DNA of 63,640 nucleotides, filler included, from Chiloscyllium plagiosum (Eukaryota): the NCBI RefSeq assembly GCF_004010195.1. It is 4 parts of one record of this genome, joined end to end, with 100 filler letters (N's around TTAATTAATTAA, not from the genome) between each part and the next. Parts side by side here need not be neighbours in the genome. Positions count along the whole stretch, not along the records: positions 24,639 to 42,039 come from NC_057713.1; 3 more parts are not named here. One strand, written 5' to 3'. The notes below the pieces were generated by a model. That model did not search any database. It was not told the origin of the DNA and saw only the letters and a list, made by a program, of their open reading frames with translations. Shown piece by piece: positions 24,639 through 38,659 of this stretch (positions are counted from its first letter, which is position 1; every line of letters starts with the position of its first letter). A program made the position numbers and the translations under genes.

Positions 24639-27489
24639 TCTTTTATATCTTTCCCCTCTCACCCTAAACCTATACCCTCTAGTTCTGGACTCTCCCACCC
24701 CAGAGAAAAGACTTGGTCTATTTATCCTATCCATGCCCCTCATGACTTTATAAACCTCTTTAAAGGTCACCTCTCAGCCTCCAATGCTCCAGGGAAAACA
24801 GCACTAGCCTATTCAGCCTCTCCCTATAGCTCAAATCCTCCAACCCTGGCAACATTCTTGTAAATCTTTTCTGAACCCTTTCAAGTTTCACAACATCCTT
24901 CTGATTGGAAGGAGACCAGAATTGCACACAATATTCCAAAAATGGCCTAACCAATGTCCTGTACAGCTGCAACATGACCTTCCAACTCTTGTAGTCAATA
25001 TTCTGACCAATAAAGGAAAGCATACCAAACGCCTTCTTCACTATCCTATCTACCTGTGATTCTACTTTCAAGGAGCTATGAACCTGCACTCCAAAGTCTT
25101 TTTGTTCAGCAACACTCCCTAAGACCTTACTATTAAGTGTATAAGTCCTGCTCTGATTGGTTTTTCCAAAATGTAGCACCTCATTTATCTAAATGAAACT
25201 CCATCCGTCACTCCTGAGCCCATTGGCCCAACTGATCAAGATCCTCTCGTAATCTTAGGTAACTGTTTTCACTGTCCACTACACCTCCAATTTTGATGTC
25301 ATCTGTAAAATTACTAACTATAACACCTATGTTCATATCCAAATCATTTATACAAATGACGAAAAGTAGTGGACCCAGCACAGATACTGGTGGGTCCACC
25401 AGTGATCACAGGCCTCCAATCTGAAAAACAACCCTTCAACCACCACCCTCTGTCTTCTACCTTTGAGCCAGTTCTGTATCCAAATGGCTAGTTCTCCCTG
25501 TATTCCATGAGATCTAACCTTGCTAACCAGTCTCCCATGGGGAACCTTGTCGAATGCCTTACTGAAATTCATATAGATCACGTCCACCGCTCTGCCCTCA
25601 TCAATCTTCATTGTTACTTCTTCAGAAAATTCAATCGTTAGTGAAACATGATTTCCCACGCACAAAGCCATGTTTACTATCCCTAGCCAGTCCTTGCCTT
25701 TCCAAACATATAAATCCTGTCCCTCAGGATTCCCTCCAACAACTTGCCCACCACTGAGGTCAGGCTCACCGGTCTATAGTTCCCTGGCTTTTCTTTACCA
25801 CCTTTCTTAAGTAAGGACACCACATTAGTCAACCTCCAGTCTTCTGGCACCTCACCTGTGACTATCGATGATACAAATATCTCAGCAAAGGGCCCAGCAA
25901 TAACTCCCCTAGCTTCCCTGAGTTCTAGAGTGCACCTGATCAGGTCTTTTGAGGTTTTTTTTCAATGTTAGTCTTCCAGTCTATAGATTTATTCATCACA
26001 AACCACATCAATCATTTCTGAATTTCTTCATCATACCCCTACAGTCACGTTAAATTCTTTACTAGACACTATGACCATCTAGGGACAGAGAGCCACTAAG
26101 CTCCTGTAGAACTCCAGTGCAAATAACCTTCCGGGCACAAACACTCATCCATGACAATATTTTGCTTCCTGTTGCTGAGCTAATTTTAGATCCAGCACAC
26201 GAACTTGTCTTGGAACACATGCTCTTTAATTTCCAGCTGGGTGCCTATGTGGAACCTTGTTTCTGTGAGGAGCCGACTCTCAGCCTGCATCATCTTTATA
26301 ATTAAAACAAAAATTGCTCAAAATACTTAGCAGGTCTGACAACATTAAGCTGAAAATATTAAGGTGTTTAAAGAGAATCAAGTTAACTGAAGATTAGAGA
26401 AACAAAACAAAGCAGAGTTAAGATTGAGTCAATGATGGTTTTTCACCAGAAAACCGAGAGAGAGGGGAGCCTGGGGTGAAGAGATGCAGGGGGATGAGGA
26501 GAAGAAACTGAGGGAAGGTAGAGTTAAGGTTTTGAAATAGGCACACCATCCTGAAACATTAACTTCGAAATCCAGAGAAACGTCTAAATATAAGTAATGT
26601 CTCATTTCAGAGCAAATCTATGCTTTATATGTTATTTTTCTCTAAATTTCATCTTTCTGCTTTTTCACATAACGTTTGAAATTTGCAGTGAGCAAGCTGG
26701 CTGCATTTTTTCATTGATGTTTCTCCCACAACTGAGTACGGTACACATCATGCTGATGCCCATGAATGACATTCTGAGCAATTAGTGAGTGAAAATGCTC
26801 TACTGCTCTTTCAACTGACTACAACTGGGACAAGTAGTAAATACCAACCACAGGTGTCAACTGGAAGTCTAGAAACTGATAACAAACTGGCCTCAATTCC
26901 CACTTGAAGCTGGATCCAACAAATCCAACTGAACTGGCTTTTGCTAAAATCCATATAGACTACATCAAGTATACTACCTTATTTATCTTAAATATCTCAA
27001 TATTCTCAGCTAAATGAATACAAGTCAAGGTTTTTGGAACTTGATTTCACAACTTTTTAACTTGTACTGTAGCTTTTCTCAGATGTAGAAGACCAAGTCA
27101 GTTTGCCACAACATACTCTGATGTCAGTGATAATGCGAGTTCAGTCCCTGTAAGATAGTTTTTGAGGCTTATCGTATTTCTTTGTACAATACGGATATTG
27201 TCAAATTCACACGTGTGCACAACTATGTTTAGCAACTTGCAAGTGAAGAGGATGTTACATGTAGTGAGGAAGAGCCTCTGGAGATCAATTTGATGCTGAG
27301 GAATGGTGTCTAAAACCAAAGCAAGATTCCAGATGGAGTTTAATCAGAGCTCTGTCCAACTGAAGAACAATTTCCTCCCTTTGATCTCTTGAAATAAAAG
27401 CCAACATCCATCTGCTTTGCTTGTTGTTTATTTTGTGAGAGTGCACAGAAAATTTGAATAATTTGTGTTTATTTCCTCTTCTGAAGTGC

Positions 27490-30290
27490 TTAGCCTCTTG
27501 CTTTTTGGTAAGTATTCCAATATCTCTTTTTTGGATTCAAAGCTGATGACCGCACACATGAATTCCATCTGTCATGTTACTGCCCACTCAAACTATATAT
27601 GTTCCTTTTATAACTACCTGCCATCTGTTCAGTACAACTTATTAGGTCTCCTATCTTGATATCATCTACAAACTTCTGTCTATAACTTTGTCCAAATCAT
27701 TAATAAATAAAGAAGGTTATGAAGAAAAAGGAACTGAAGGCTGCCATTCAGCCCAATTAGCCTGCTCAAACATTTGAAAAAGGTGTAAAAGTAGACCATT
27801 CTGCCCCTCAAGCCTGCTCCAGTATTCAGGAAGATCATGGCTGATTTGTTTGGATTTTGTATCCCACATTCCCATTTACCCCAGAAAGTTTTTAATCCAC
27901 TTGCCCAACAAGAATCAAGGTGCCACTAACTTTAAACCTCTTTGCTTCCATCACCTAAAGTTGCACTACATTCAGAAAAAAAAAAATTCTCCTCACCTGT
28001 CCTGAAAGGACAACCTCAAATTTCAAAACTGTGTTCCCTGGTTCTGGACTGACACATAAGAGAAAACATTCTCTCTACAGTCACTTGGTCAAGACCCTTC
28101 AGGATTTTATACACTTCAACAAAGTCATCTTTCATTCTTCTAAACTCCAGTGCAAACAAGCCCAGTCCAGCCTGACAAATGTATCCACATACAACCATAC
28201 ACTTCTTTCTTGTATCAATCTAGGCAACCTTCTCTGAATTATTTCCAATGAGTGTTTATCCTTCCTTAATTATGGAGACCACAACTACGCACTGCATTCA
28301 AGATATGGCGTGAGCAGGCAGCCCGAGATGGTGGCGTGAATACACAACCCGAGGTCTCCCAGCATCTGCAGCACCATCAAAGGCAGGGAGATCTAGCCAG
28401 CATGGGGAGAGAGATATAAGTGCCCAGCACGAAGGAGACCAAGCCCTTCTGAGGATTGCGAGGCCTGTGAGAAGGACTGTAATGTTGAACTTGGAACTTT
28501 TTTTCCTCTTTTTCTACTTTGTACATAAGAATCTGTACCTCGGTACCTTTATGCCTAAGATGGTGCCAGGAATGGTGACTTTATACACTTTTCAGTGTAA
28601 TCTTGTATCCCTGAACTACAGTGCACATGACAATAAAATCTAACTCAATTTCTCATGTTCTATATAACTGAAGCATAAAATCCTTACTTTTATGTTCAAT
28701 TCCTCTTAAAGTTTAGCATCCCATTAACTTTCTCAATTACATGCTGCACCTACATATGAACAACGTTTAACTCCTGCACACCTAAACTCTCTCTGCACCT
28801 CTGAATTTACAATCAATCATTCTTCTGCTTTACCATTTTTCCTGCCTGAGAACAACTTCACATTTTCCCACATTAGATTTCATCTGCCAGAGTTTTGCCC
28901 CAAAACTCAACCTATTTCTCTTCACAACATACTTTTCTATATATTGTTAACAAATTTCTCTCTCATGTTTTTGTTCCCCTAAACTAAGTAATTGATGTAA
29001 ATTGTTAAAGCCCACTTATGACATCCTACACCAGGAAATAAAATCCATTTCTACATACCGTACTTCAGCCAGCCAACCTTTTATCCATGCTAATATGTTA
29101 CATCCGCACCCCACCATGAGCTTTTATTTACCATAATAATCTTTGGTGTGGCACCTTTTCAAGTGTTTTCTGGAAATTCACATATGCTTCCAGGCTCCTT
29201 TCTATCCACAGTACTTTACTCTAAGACCATAAAACACAGAAGAAAAAGTAGGCCTTTCAGTTTATTGAGACTGTTGTTTCACCATTCAATGAGATCATGG
29301 TTGACAATCCTCAATTACACCTTCCTGCCTAATCCCATTAACCCTCACTTCCCTTACTTATTTAAAGTCTATCAAGCCTTGAATATACTTAATGATCCAG
29401 CTCTATAGTCCTCTGTGGTAAAACATTGTGCAGATTCACTACCCTGAGAGGAAATTCCTGCTCATCTGTCTGAATTTGGTGACCCCTGATTCTGAGATTG
29501 CACCCTCTGGTCCTAGACTCCCCTGGAAGTCATACCTCCAAAGAATCTTGTAAACTTCAAAAGTTTACTCCTTCAACCAAAAAAAAGGTCTAATTAAACT
29601 CAACATGATTTCCCACTGATGAAACCATGCTGACTCTTCTGAATTTTTGTGTGTACAAAGTTATAATCTCTTAAATGACCTTGACTAAATGTTCCTCACA
29701 ACAGACATCAAGCTAAGCTAATCAACCTGTTCCCTGTTCTCTGTCACCCTTCCTTCTTCAATAGAAGGATTAGATTTATTATTCTCCAAACTGATTGAAC
29801 ATATCCTGAATTTAGATAATTCTGTAAATTTAACACCAATGTCACAATTCTCTCAGTAGAAAAGTCTTTGAGCCTAGGATGTAGTCTTCCTGGAATCCAA
29901 AGACAATCAACCCACAGCTCCATAATTTATTGGTCCACTTTCTTCATCATTTTAGCTCCTTTCTACCTCATAATTTACAGCAAGTACTGGAGTGCTCTTT
30001 GTATCTTTATTAATATTCTCCATTCTCACTTTCGAAAGGACCAATACCCTACTGCTTTTTTAAAAATGCATGCAAAAACTCTGGCTATCTTTTTCAAAAT
30101 TCCTAGCTGTATTCCTCCCGTACTCCAATTTCTTTCCCCAATTGAACCTTTGGTCATTTTCTGCAGTTCTTCATATTCTCACCAATTACATGATCTGCCA
30201 TTCACTTTTGTGCAGGTGTATGCTTTTCCCTGAAGTTTGATGCTTTCCTTATTTAGTTAACCACAGAATGTGGATCATCCCTTTAGATCT
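27490..30290 (-). mobile_element. Patchwork of old CR1 fragments
   Basis: LGLFALEFRRMKDDFVEVYKILKGLD and several CR1 3' ends. Confidence 0.7.
28306..28650 (+). mobile_element. Short GC-richer insert with a Rex1/Babar-like 3' tail
   Basis: Ends TTTTCAGTGT..CACATGACAATAAA; a similar tail lies on the minus strand at 60357-60550. Confidence 0.4.
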
Positions 30291-33200
30291 TTATTGTCAA
30301 ACGCTTGCAGCCTAAGCAATTGCAGCTGGACTTGAACACAGAATCTTCAATCACACTGAAGTCAGACTGATCCGTGAGGCCACCCTCTGCTGTTAATACC
30401 CTCTGGTTCCAATTGCAGCTTGGCTGATTATCAAGTTTTCAATGCCAGCCATACTTCACATTACCCAAATCCTATTCCCAGTTATAATTTAAACCCACAC
30501 AAATTCCTCCTCTGAATCAAGACTTCCTGCTGCTGTGGCTCATACCATCCTGAATTACTTCAAACACAGGAGACAAACAAACAAAATGCACTTTTGCCAA
30601 ATATGTAAATAATGTAGTTTTTTAAGCCAGTAATTTATTTGTTCAAGCAGATTAAATATAAATGACATGGTAATACCTTGTTTAAATGCCAATTCAGGCT
30701 TTTTAAGGGGTTAGGGTCATTTGTCAGACGATGATAGTTAAAGGCAACTGTCATGCTTTTAGTCATCCAAAACTTCCGAGTCTTGGGTTGGAATGAAGGT
30801 TGAATGCAAATGAGAAATTTAACATTTCACGCCATCTAGACGGACAAGTTCTGAGTGCAAGTTCAGGCAATCTTAAAATTGAATTACATTTGTACTGGAC
30901 AAAATTATTCAACTGAATTAGGCAACCTTAAAAAATGCTTCAAGGTGTGTGCAAGGGAAATAAAAAGCCTGACTTGTGAGGTACTCTTATCACTTAAATT
31001 CATACAGTCCCTTTATTGTACTAAAATACCCTAGGGGTTTTAACAGGAATGTATTCAAACAAAATTTTACACAACCTTATGAAAAGATTTTCAGACAACT
31101 GGTAGGATATAGGGAGAAACTTAAAGGAGGTAAAGAATGTAACAATGCAGAGGGGTTTAAGGGAAGCAATTCTAGACCCTAGAGCCTAGTCAGCTATCCA
31201 CAAAGAATTGACATGGCCCATTTACATTAGATGTTGTGGTAACCAGATTCTTTTCTTTCTGACATGAAAAACTACCTGCTGAAATTAATGATGCCTGCAA
31301 TAAAACAGTTTCACAATTCAAAGATATGCTGCCTCCAATTCATAGGAACATAATATTAAAAGGAGAAAGCTAAAAAGCCATCCAAAATTAAAACTGAAAT
31401 TAAAGAGTGGAATCCTCACAACACAAAATTGTCCAATTTCCTGGAAGGGATCAGTAAAGTTCTCGAGAACCTAAATCCTTTCAAACACACGTGCACATTA
31501 AGTATCATCTCCACCGATACATCATACTTAATTATAAAAAGAGGTGCAAATTCCATCACTGACTCCATGCTACGTTCATTGATTTACTTGTAGTACAAGG
31601 GTTCTTGGAGTTTCAAAGTATTTTAAATTAAAATTACAGCCACTGAAGGAAATGTTACCCTCACCAAAAACAAAACACCTTTTAAGCCTGGTCTTCATTG
31701 CATACAATGTTGGATATAGAAGAGCCATGAGTGTAACTCTCCAGTTTAATTATCAAAATTAGCTACAGGAGCGGGATTACTGCAATTACACAAGCAAAGA
31801 ATTAGGAATGGTTTAATTTCAGTTTAAATGATAATGACGACACTATATTGTCACTGCATAGACCAATTTAACGAACTGACCAAGTTAGCCAAGGAGCAGG
31901 AATTGCTCTTACAATTTGTGCAAAGGGGGAAACTATGGCTTTTTTCACAGAACAATGCACATCTGGAACCTGTTTGATTATGTGATGAACACTGATTCAC
32001 GAGAACTGAACCCATCTCAGGCTGAGGCAGAGACCATCTCATGGAAAAGGGAGGTTTCTTGCAATGATAACACTAATCAGGGCTAGGGTGGTCTCCTAGT
32101 CTAATGTTGGATGGCTGCCCCAGTTGGTTCAAAGGTCAATTTTCCAGTTATTGCTACCCTTTCCAATTAGCCTTTGTTTTCATTTATTTGATTAGTTAGC
32201 TCCCCCAGGAGATTACAATGAGTCTGGGTGAGTGTGGAGTGATTTGTAATACACAATACATTGCAATAGCATGGGGGGGGGGGGGGGTGGGCGGGGGGGA
32301 TGTAAGCTGGATAAACCTATGCATCTTTTCTTGCTATCATTTACATACCAATTTATGTTACCTTAAATTCATCTTAAAGTTATGCTAATTCCTTGAAAAA
32401 TTCTGAAGTCTAAATTGATTCAAACTCTGCTTTGAGCAGGTTTAAAAACTGGATTAGCTCACTAGGATTTTTTTTAAAAAAAAGTAAAAACCCAACACAA
32501 CAAAGATCATTGAGCATATAATCACACATCCTGAAATCTGTCCATCCTCAGGCACTGGTGTCAAGATGGTCATCCAAAATGGCTCACTGAATTTTTTTGG
32601 CAAGTCAGGGTGGAATAAATGAGTCATGTTCAGAAAATTGTCTAACGTGCACAGCATAGCTTAATCAGCAAATCAGAAAAATCAGCTCCTCAGAAGGATC
32701 TAACCTTTCCCTGAAAATAAATATTTAGATGGTATACTATAATGAAATGTCACAAAACAAAACCTTAAAACTGAAACAACTTCATGATTCATAAAATTTC
32801 AAGAGATGGTATGCTAATCCAAATCTATTTTGAACTTTGTCTTCTTCAAGAGAATTCAGCCCCTGTCAATCCACAAATAATAACTGCGTTACTTTGTCAG
32901 TAAATATCTTAATGTTCTGCCAACATATCCTTGTGGAATGAGGAACATTTCAACTGTGATCTAGACTTCAGCCAAGTTCAGCAATGCCAACAGTACATGA
33001 GAGCTTCAATGCGACCATAGCACTATGCTACTATAGCAAGCAGACCATTTCATGGAAGCTATATTATCAGGACAAGGGGTAAAGGAAAAGAACAAAGAAC
33101 GAGGCAGTCTAGATGACGTAATCCAGGATTTAAAGAAAGGTATTTGGGTGAGGAGTGTGATAATGGTCCTTTATTTAATTTTGGCCTTTTAGTTGATACC

Positions 33201-34399
33201 TGAATCTCTTTGCAAACAGAAGTTCACTTTTCCAGTTGTTCGTCTCAAAGCTGTCACTTGTACTGGGACAGTAGAGTTAGGGTCTCAACAGGATATTTGC
33301 TGGTGTGACAGAGTATAGTAACCATGACTCTGTTTTCTGACTCCAGATTTCTAGCAGACATAGTCCAGATGTAGCTAGACAACAGTCAAAAAATAGGGGA
33401 CTCTGACCGATTTCCTTCTGCTTAATGGCCATTTTCTAACAAAGCAGGAGTCCCTCTCACCTTTACACCCATGATCCACACAACAAATTCATCTTCTGCA
33501 CATAAATCCCCCAAGTACAATGTGGATTAAAAAAGGGACTGAAGTTTTTCATTTAGAATCCTTCCCGGTGTCTGGTAAGTTGGACAGTTAAGCATCTTAA
33601 AAAAGGGAGTTGGTTTTCTCCCACTATTGAGGGTTGTCACATTCATTCAATAACCTCCCCATTTTTCTCCTCGACCTTTACAAAATAGATTTCCAATTCT
33701 GAACTAATTCATTTGCATTCTTTCCCTCGTCTCTTCCACAACATCATCTGTTGAAGATGTTAAAAGCAGAATAGTGGCTACCTGGAACAATATATGAAAT
33801 GATCTTATAGAATGGTTCTCATGATATCACCAGCAACACTTCAGCACCTTAAAAGAAACCCAACTGAAGTTTGATGCTTAAGAGAAAACTGAGTCCAGCC
33901 TTATTTAACACAAATCTGTCCTCAAAGACTGCATCTTATACTGAAGACAAATATTAGAATGCCATTGGCCTATCATATCACAGTAGTCAAATACAAATCA
34001 GAGATCCAAAGATATCACGTTCTCGAGCAGTCTCCACCAGTTCAAAATATGGCCACATTTTGCCAAAATAGAAACACCATGCGGGTACGATTACAATTCG
34101 TCACATAATCTTCATAACAAAACAAGAGAAAAACAAATCAGACCCAGGTATAAATATAGCCCTTCCAGCAGCCATATTATTGTCACTGGATAATGATGTA
34201 TCCGCCAACATTCATGAAAATTTCCGTGCTTGATGTACACTCTTGTATTACTTAAGGTCCGAGGCAGTCTAGACAAACTAACAACTGAAGACTGGCCTAC
34301 CTTTGTAAGAAAGGGTCACAACAGTCTTTGATTGGATCTGCCTGTACCCACCAGAGTAAAACGAGTTACTCAGGATGATAATTTGTACAGTGCACCCAT

Positions 34400-34750
34400 A
34401 GAAAATGTTTGGGTAGAAACTTAAAGGAAGATCTCATTGAAACGTTTAAGGTGGTTCAACATTTGATCAAGTTAATAGCTGGAAACTATTTCCTCTGGCA
34501 GCAGTCAAGAGCAGAACCTCGAAATTATAATGAGTACATGCAGGGTGATGACAGGAAGCATTTTTTCATACAAGGGGATAATGGAAGTCTGGAACTTCCT
34601 CTGCCCAGAAAAAGCTGTTGAGGTGAGATCAATTCAAATTTTAAACTGTTATGAAATAAGGGAGGGTAGATTGATTGGAGATACAGACAGCCATGATTTT
34701 ATTGAATGATGGAACAGGCTCAAGAGATTGATTCATCTTTTCCTGTTCCT
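34400..34750 (+). mobile_element. CR1 3' fragment
   Basis: LKEDLIETFKV followed by a CR1-type 3' UTR. Confidence 0.7.
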
Positions 34751-35289
34751 ATCGATCTCTCAGCTGACTTTCACATCCAGACAAACATGAAGATAGCTTG
34801 TGAGCACTCAGATTCTACCATGACACTAATGGCATGACACTTAGTGTCTCTTTTTTTTTGCCTTTGGATGAAAAGATGATAAACACCTGATCAGAGAAGT
34901 TTAAATAATTTAAACATGAAGGTTAACTGTGCTAGTTTCCCCTATTTTTCCAAAGAAGGGTTACTCATTATGCAATACAGATGATTAACAGGTTCAATGG
35001 GAACCTGTTAATTAATTTTACCAGCTCCAAAGTCATTTAGTAAAATCTAATTCATTCCAACATAACTAATTTTCATGGCAGGCAGCTTAACCAAACTGCT
35101 TTGTGTAAGCTGCAGCATGGAGCCTGTAAGATGAGCCTGTAAATTGATGAGAACGGACAGGAGTTTGCTTGGCTTCAGATATAATATTTTCCAACATACA
35201 AGGCAGGCTGCTGAGATATTTGTAATCAGGAAATATGGAAAAGAGAAAGGGAATATAGCTTAGGAGTAGCTGAAAATTTAAGCACTCAC

Positions 35290-35395
35290 CAGCTGCGAGC
35301 TAAGTCGTGTTTGCCACATATCAGCCTGTTTTGGGTTTAGATCAGGACTTGGTAGACCCAGTCTTGATGCAAGAGCCTCCACATACCCTGCAAGT
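35290..35395 (-). CDS. TMEM65: TMEM65 coding exon (exon 6 equivalent, 106 nt)
   Basis: ttcag|A CTT GCA...CAG CTG|gtgagt; encodes LAGYVEALASRLGLPSPDLNPKQADMWQTRLSSQL. Confidence 0.95.
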
Positions 35396-36909
35396 CTGAA
35401 GCAGTCAAAAATAGTATTAAGCTTCATTAGATTAATCACATATTAAGTCATAATCACATATTCCTAGAGAGGGAATGCAACAGGCAGTTCACTCCCAGAC
35501 CTCTTTAAAGTAGGCTCATGTATGCAGGTGTATGTATAGGGATGGGCAATAAATGCTGGCCAGCCAGCAATGCCCATGTCCCATAAGCGAATAAAAAAAA
35601 CTGCTGTGCCCCTGACAGCAGGGTAGTTTTATAGCCTTTTTTTAAAAAATGGTGTACTGTATAATATTCCAAAATGGGAGGAATGTTACAAATACGTCCA
35701 AGTTCAAAAGAATGTTCACTCCAACCAATCTGATTGGGACAGACTTTAACACAGACAAGTTGGTATTGAACTAACATCACAAAAATGTATTGCTTTCCAT
35801 CTCAACTAATGTTTAGTCCAACTGTCTGTCTGAATTTAATGCATTTGCAAGCTTCAATTCAGTTCACAGTCATCGTCTATTTCTCGCACACCACAACAGT
35901 TGGTAAATAGGGTTGCAAAGCAAAAAAATTATAAGTTTGAAAAGTGAGAAAGACTTTTACATAATCTAAATTATTCTGTGAAATGAATAAGTAAACAGTG
36001 AAAACAGAAGGCAGTTTTATCTTTTTTTCGAAAACATGAGCGATTCCTGAGGGACCTAATCAGCATGTAAATTAGTGGATAGTTTGCAGATTTCTTCCCT
36101 AGCTCGTACCCAGCATTCCCTTCCTCTGAAATCTTAAATTCTCTTGGGGAAAAATTTATCCAACAGACTGCACTGAAGGATCACTCAACCCAAAACATTA
36201 ATTCTGAATTCTTTCCACAGATGTGAGGCCTGCTGAGCTTTTCCAGCAATTTGTTTTTGCGCCAGCATGATATAGGCACAAGATACATAATACAGCACAA
36301 AGGAATGTGTATTTCCAATAACAGGCAAGTGAAGACCTCATTCAAGGGGTCAAAACATTGCTCTAAACTGATGTGACCCATCACATTAAAATTCTAATAA
36401 ACGCTCTTCAAAATTGTTTTCATTCAATAATTAAATTGCTTTAATCAGAATAGAGCAGGACAAAAATGTTGATTAATTTTTCATTTGTGTAAGATCTATG
36501 AAATATGCTAATGCATTACAGTCTCAACAAATCCAAAGACCTCGTACAAAATATCCAACATTCCAAAAACAGTTTATCCACTGTCTAACAGACACTGAAA
36601 CTGATGGCTCTCCACCCAAAGATGATATTCATTAGTCCAAGGGGTGAAAAGTACACAATATCCAATGACTCCAATTGCTTTTTTTAAAACTAATTCTTTG
36701 CCTAACAATCTGTATATAATGTGGAATGGGTTAATAGATTGCAAAATTTCCATTTAAGAATAAGTTAGCATATATCTTGTACACAAATCAGTCAATGCTC
36801 TTAGATATCTGTCCAACAGAGACTACCTTTGTAAAACACAGTTGTACAGAGAAAGTACCTCAAGCATATTTCTTGTCCTTAAGAGCATAGATAACTGAGA
36901 ATATAATTT

Positions 36910-38600
36910 TTTAAAATATTCAAGGGATGTTGGTACAGCTGGAAAATATAGCACTGATGGCTCACATCCTTAATTCTCTTCAAGAAAGTGTTCGTGAGCT
37001 GCCTTCTTGATCCACTATAATCTGTGCAGTGTCAGTGCACCCACAATACAATTGTAGAGTTCCAGGACTTTAGACCCAACAATGTACAGTTGCTCCAAAT
37101 CAGGATAGTGTGAGAGAGTGAGTGGAACATGTTCTTAGTAATGTTCCTATACATTTGCTGCCCTTACACATCTCAGTGGCAGAGGATACAGGTCTAGAAG
37201 GTGATGAAGCAGCAGCATGGGCAAACTGCTATAACACACCGTGCAGATGGTACATGCCAGTTCTATGTCATGCTAGTGATGAAAGGAGTGAATATTCAAA
37301 AGGTTCCTTCTAAATTAGAGTCACTTACGACTTAAAATATTAACGGTTTCTCTTACTACAGATGTTTTCAAACTTGATTACTGCCAGCAATGACTTTTTT
37401 CTATTAACAACAGACGGTGGAAATAATATCACACAAGCTGCCTTCGCCTCAAAGATTACCAGCCTTTCGGTTTGGAGGTGCACGCATCCAGCAAATGGAC
37501 AGCATTCCATCACATTCCTCACTTGTGCCTTGTAGTGGGCAGACAGGCTTTGAGTAGTCAAGAAGCAAGTTATTTGCAGAACTTCCAGGTTCTGACCACC
37601 TGTTGTGGCTGAAATATTTACACAGATGAGCCAATTCATTTCTGGTCAATGATGACCCTCAGGAAGTTGATGGAGAATTCAGTGGCGATGGTTACTTGCC
37701 AACGATCAAGTCAAGCCTCCACCAGGTCTTGTTGCATGTGGATTGCTTAGGTAGGTGAGAAATTGTGAATGGGACTGAGTACTGGAATTATCAGTGAAGA
37801 GCTCCATTCTGATATCATGTTTACCTCAGGGAAATCCTGTCACGTCCTGCATGAACCTCCAACATCCAAAAGCATCTTCCTTTGAGCAAGGTATGACTAC
37901 AAACTGTGGAGCTTTTCCCTAATACCATTGACTTCAGTTTTGCTAAGGCTGTTGATATCTCTTTTGGTCAAATGCTGCACAGATATCAAGGGCAGTAATC
38001 CTCATCTCATCTGAAATGTTCATTATTCATTCAGGGATGCAGGTGTCACTGGCAAGGTCGGTATTTGTTGCTTGTCACAATTGTTTTTGAACTGAGTGAC
38101 TTGCCATGGCAATTGCACAGCCAACCATGTTGCTGTGGGTCTGGAGTCACATGTAGGCCAGATCATGTTAGGACACCATTTCCTTCCCTGAAGGAAGTTA
38201 GTTTACAACAATTGATGATAGTTTCATGGTCAAAATCACAGGGATAAACTTTATATTCCAGATTATATTAAACTTCATCAGTTGCACTGGTGACATCCTT
38301 ACCCAAGTCTCCAGAGCATTATCTTAGGTCTCTGGATTGCTTGTGCAATGATATGACCAGCATACCACCATTCTTCAAATAAATCCTTACCCACGTTTGC
38401 CAAGGTTGTAATGAAGTCCAGAGCTGGTGGTCCTAATGAAACCCCACACTTTAAAAAAGACAATAAAAGGCTAGATTAGGCTACATTTGTCCAACTTTCA
38501 TGGCTAGAATAGATCAGAGCAATTTTCCACTGTCAAGTAGATATAAATCTTGCAGCTGTACTGGAGCAGTTTGGCTGGGACACTGCTCATTCTAGAGGAC
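36910..38600 (-). mobile_element. Decayed fragments of the second LINE family plus an associated SINE (38030-38370)
   Basis: QSLSAHYKAQVRNVMECCPFA on the reverse strand matches the region near 20970-21040. Confidence 0.65.
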
Positions 38601-38659
38601 AACTGGTGTCCTGGTCAAAACATGCTGAGCTACTTCTTCACTGGCCTTTCCTCCATCTG

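Larger units (their letters stand above)
24185..25945 (-). mobile_element. CR1/HER1 LINE RT and 3' end, interrupted by a Penelope piece and a linker
   Basis: ORFs at 24760-25671 give YMNFSKAFDKVPHGRL, SVLGPLLFVICINDLD and LEYCVQFWSP. Confidence 0.9.

Noticed and set aside
33221..33245. DEQLEK* on the minus strand, resembling the TMEM65 C-terminal end
   Set aside because: In-frame stop immediately upstream and no transmembrane segment.
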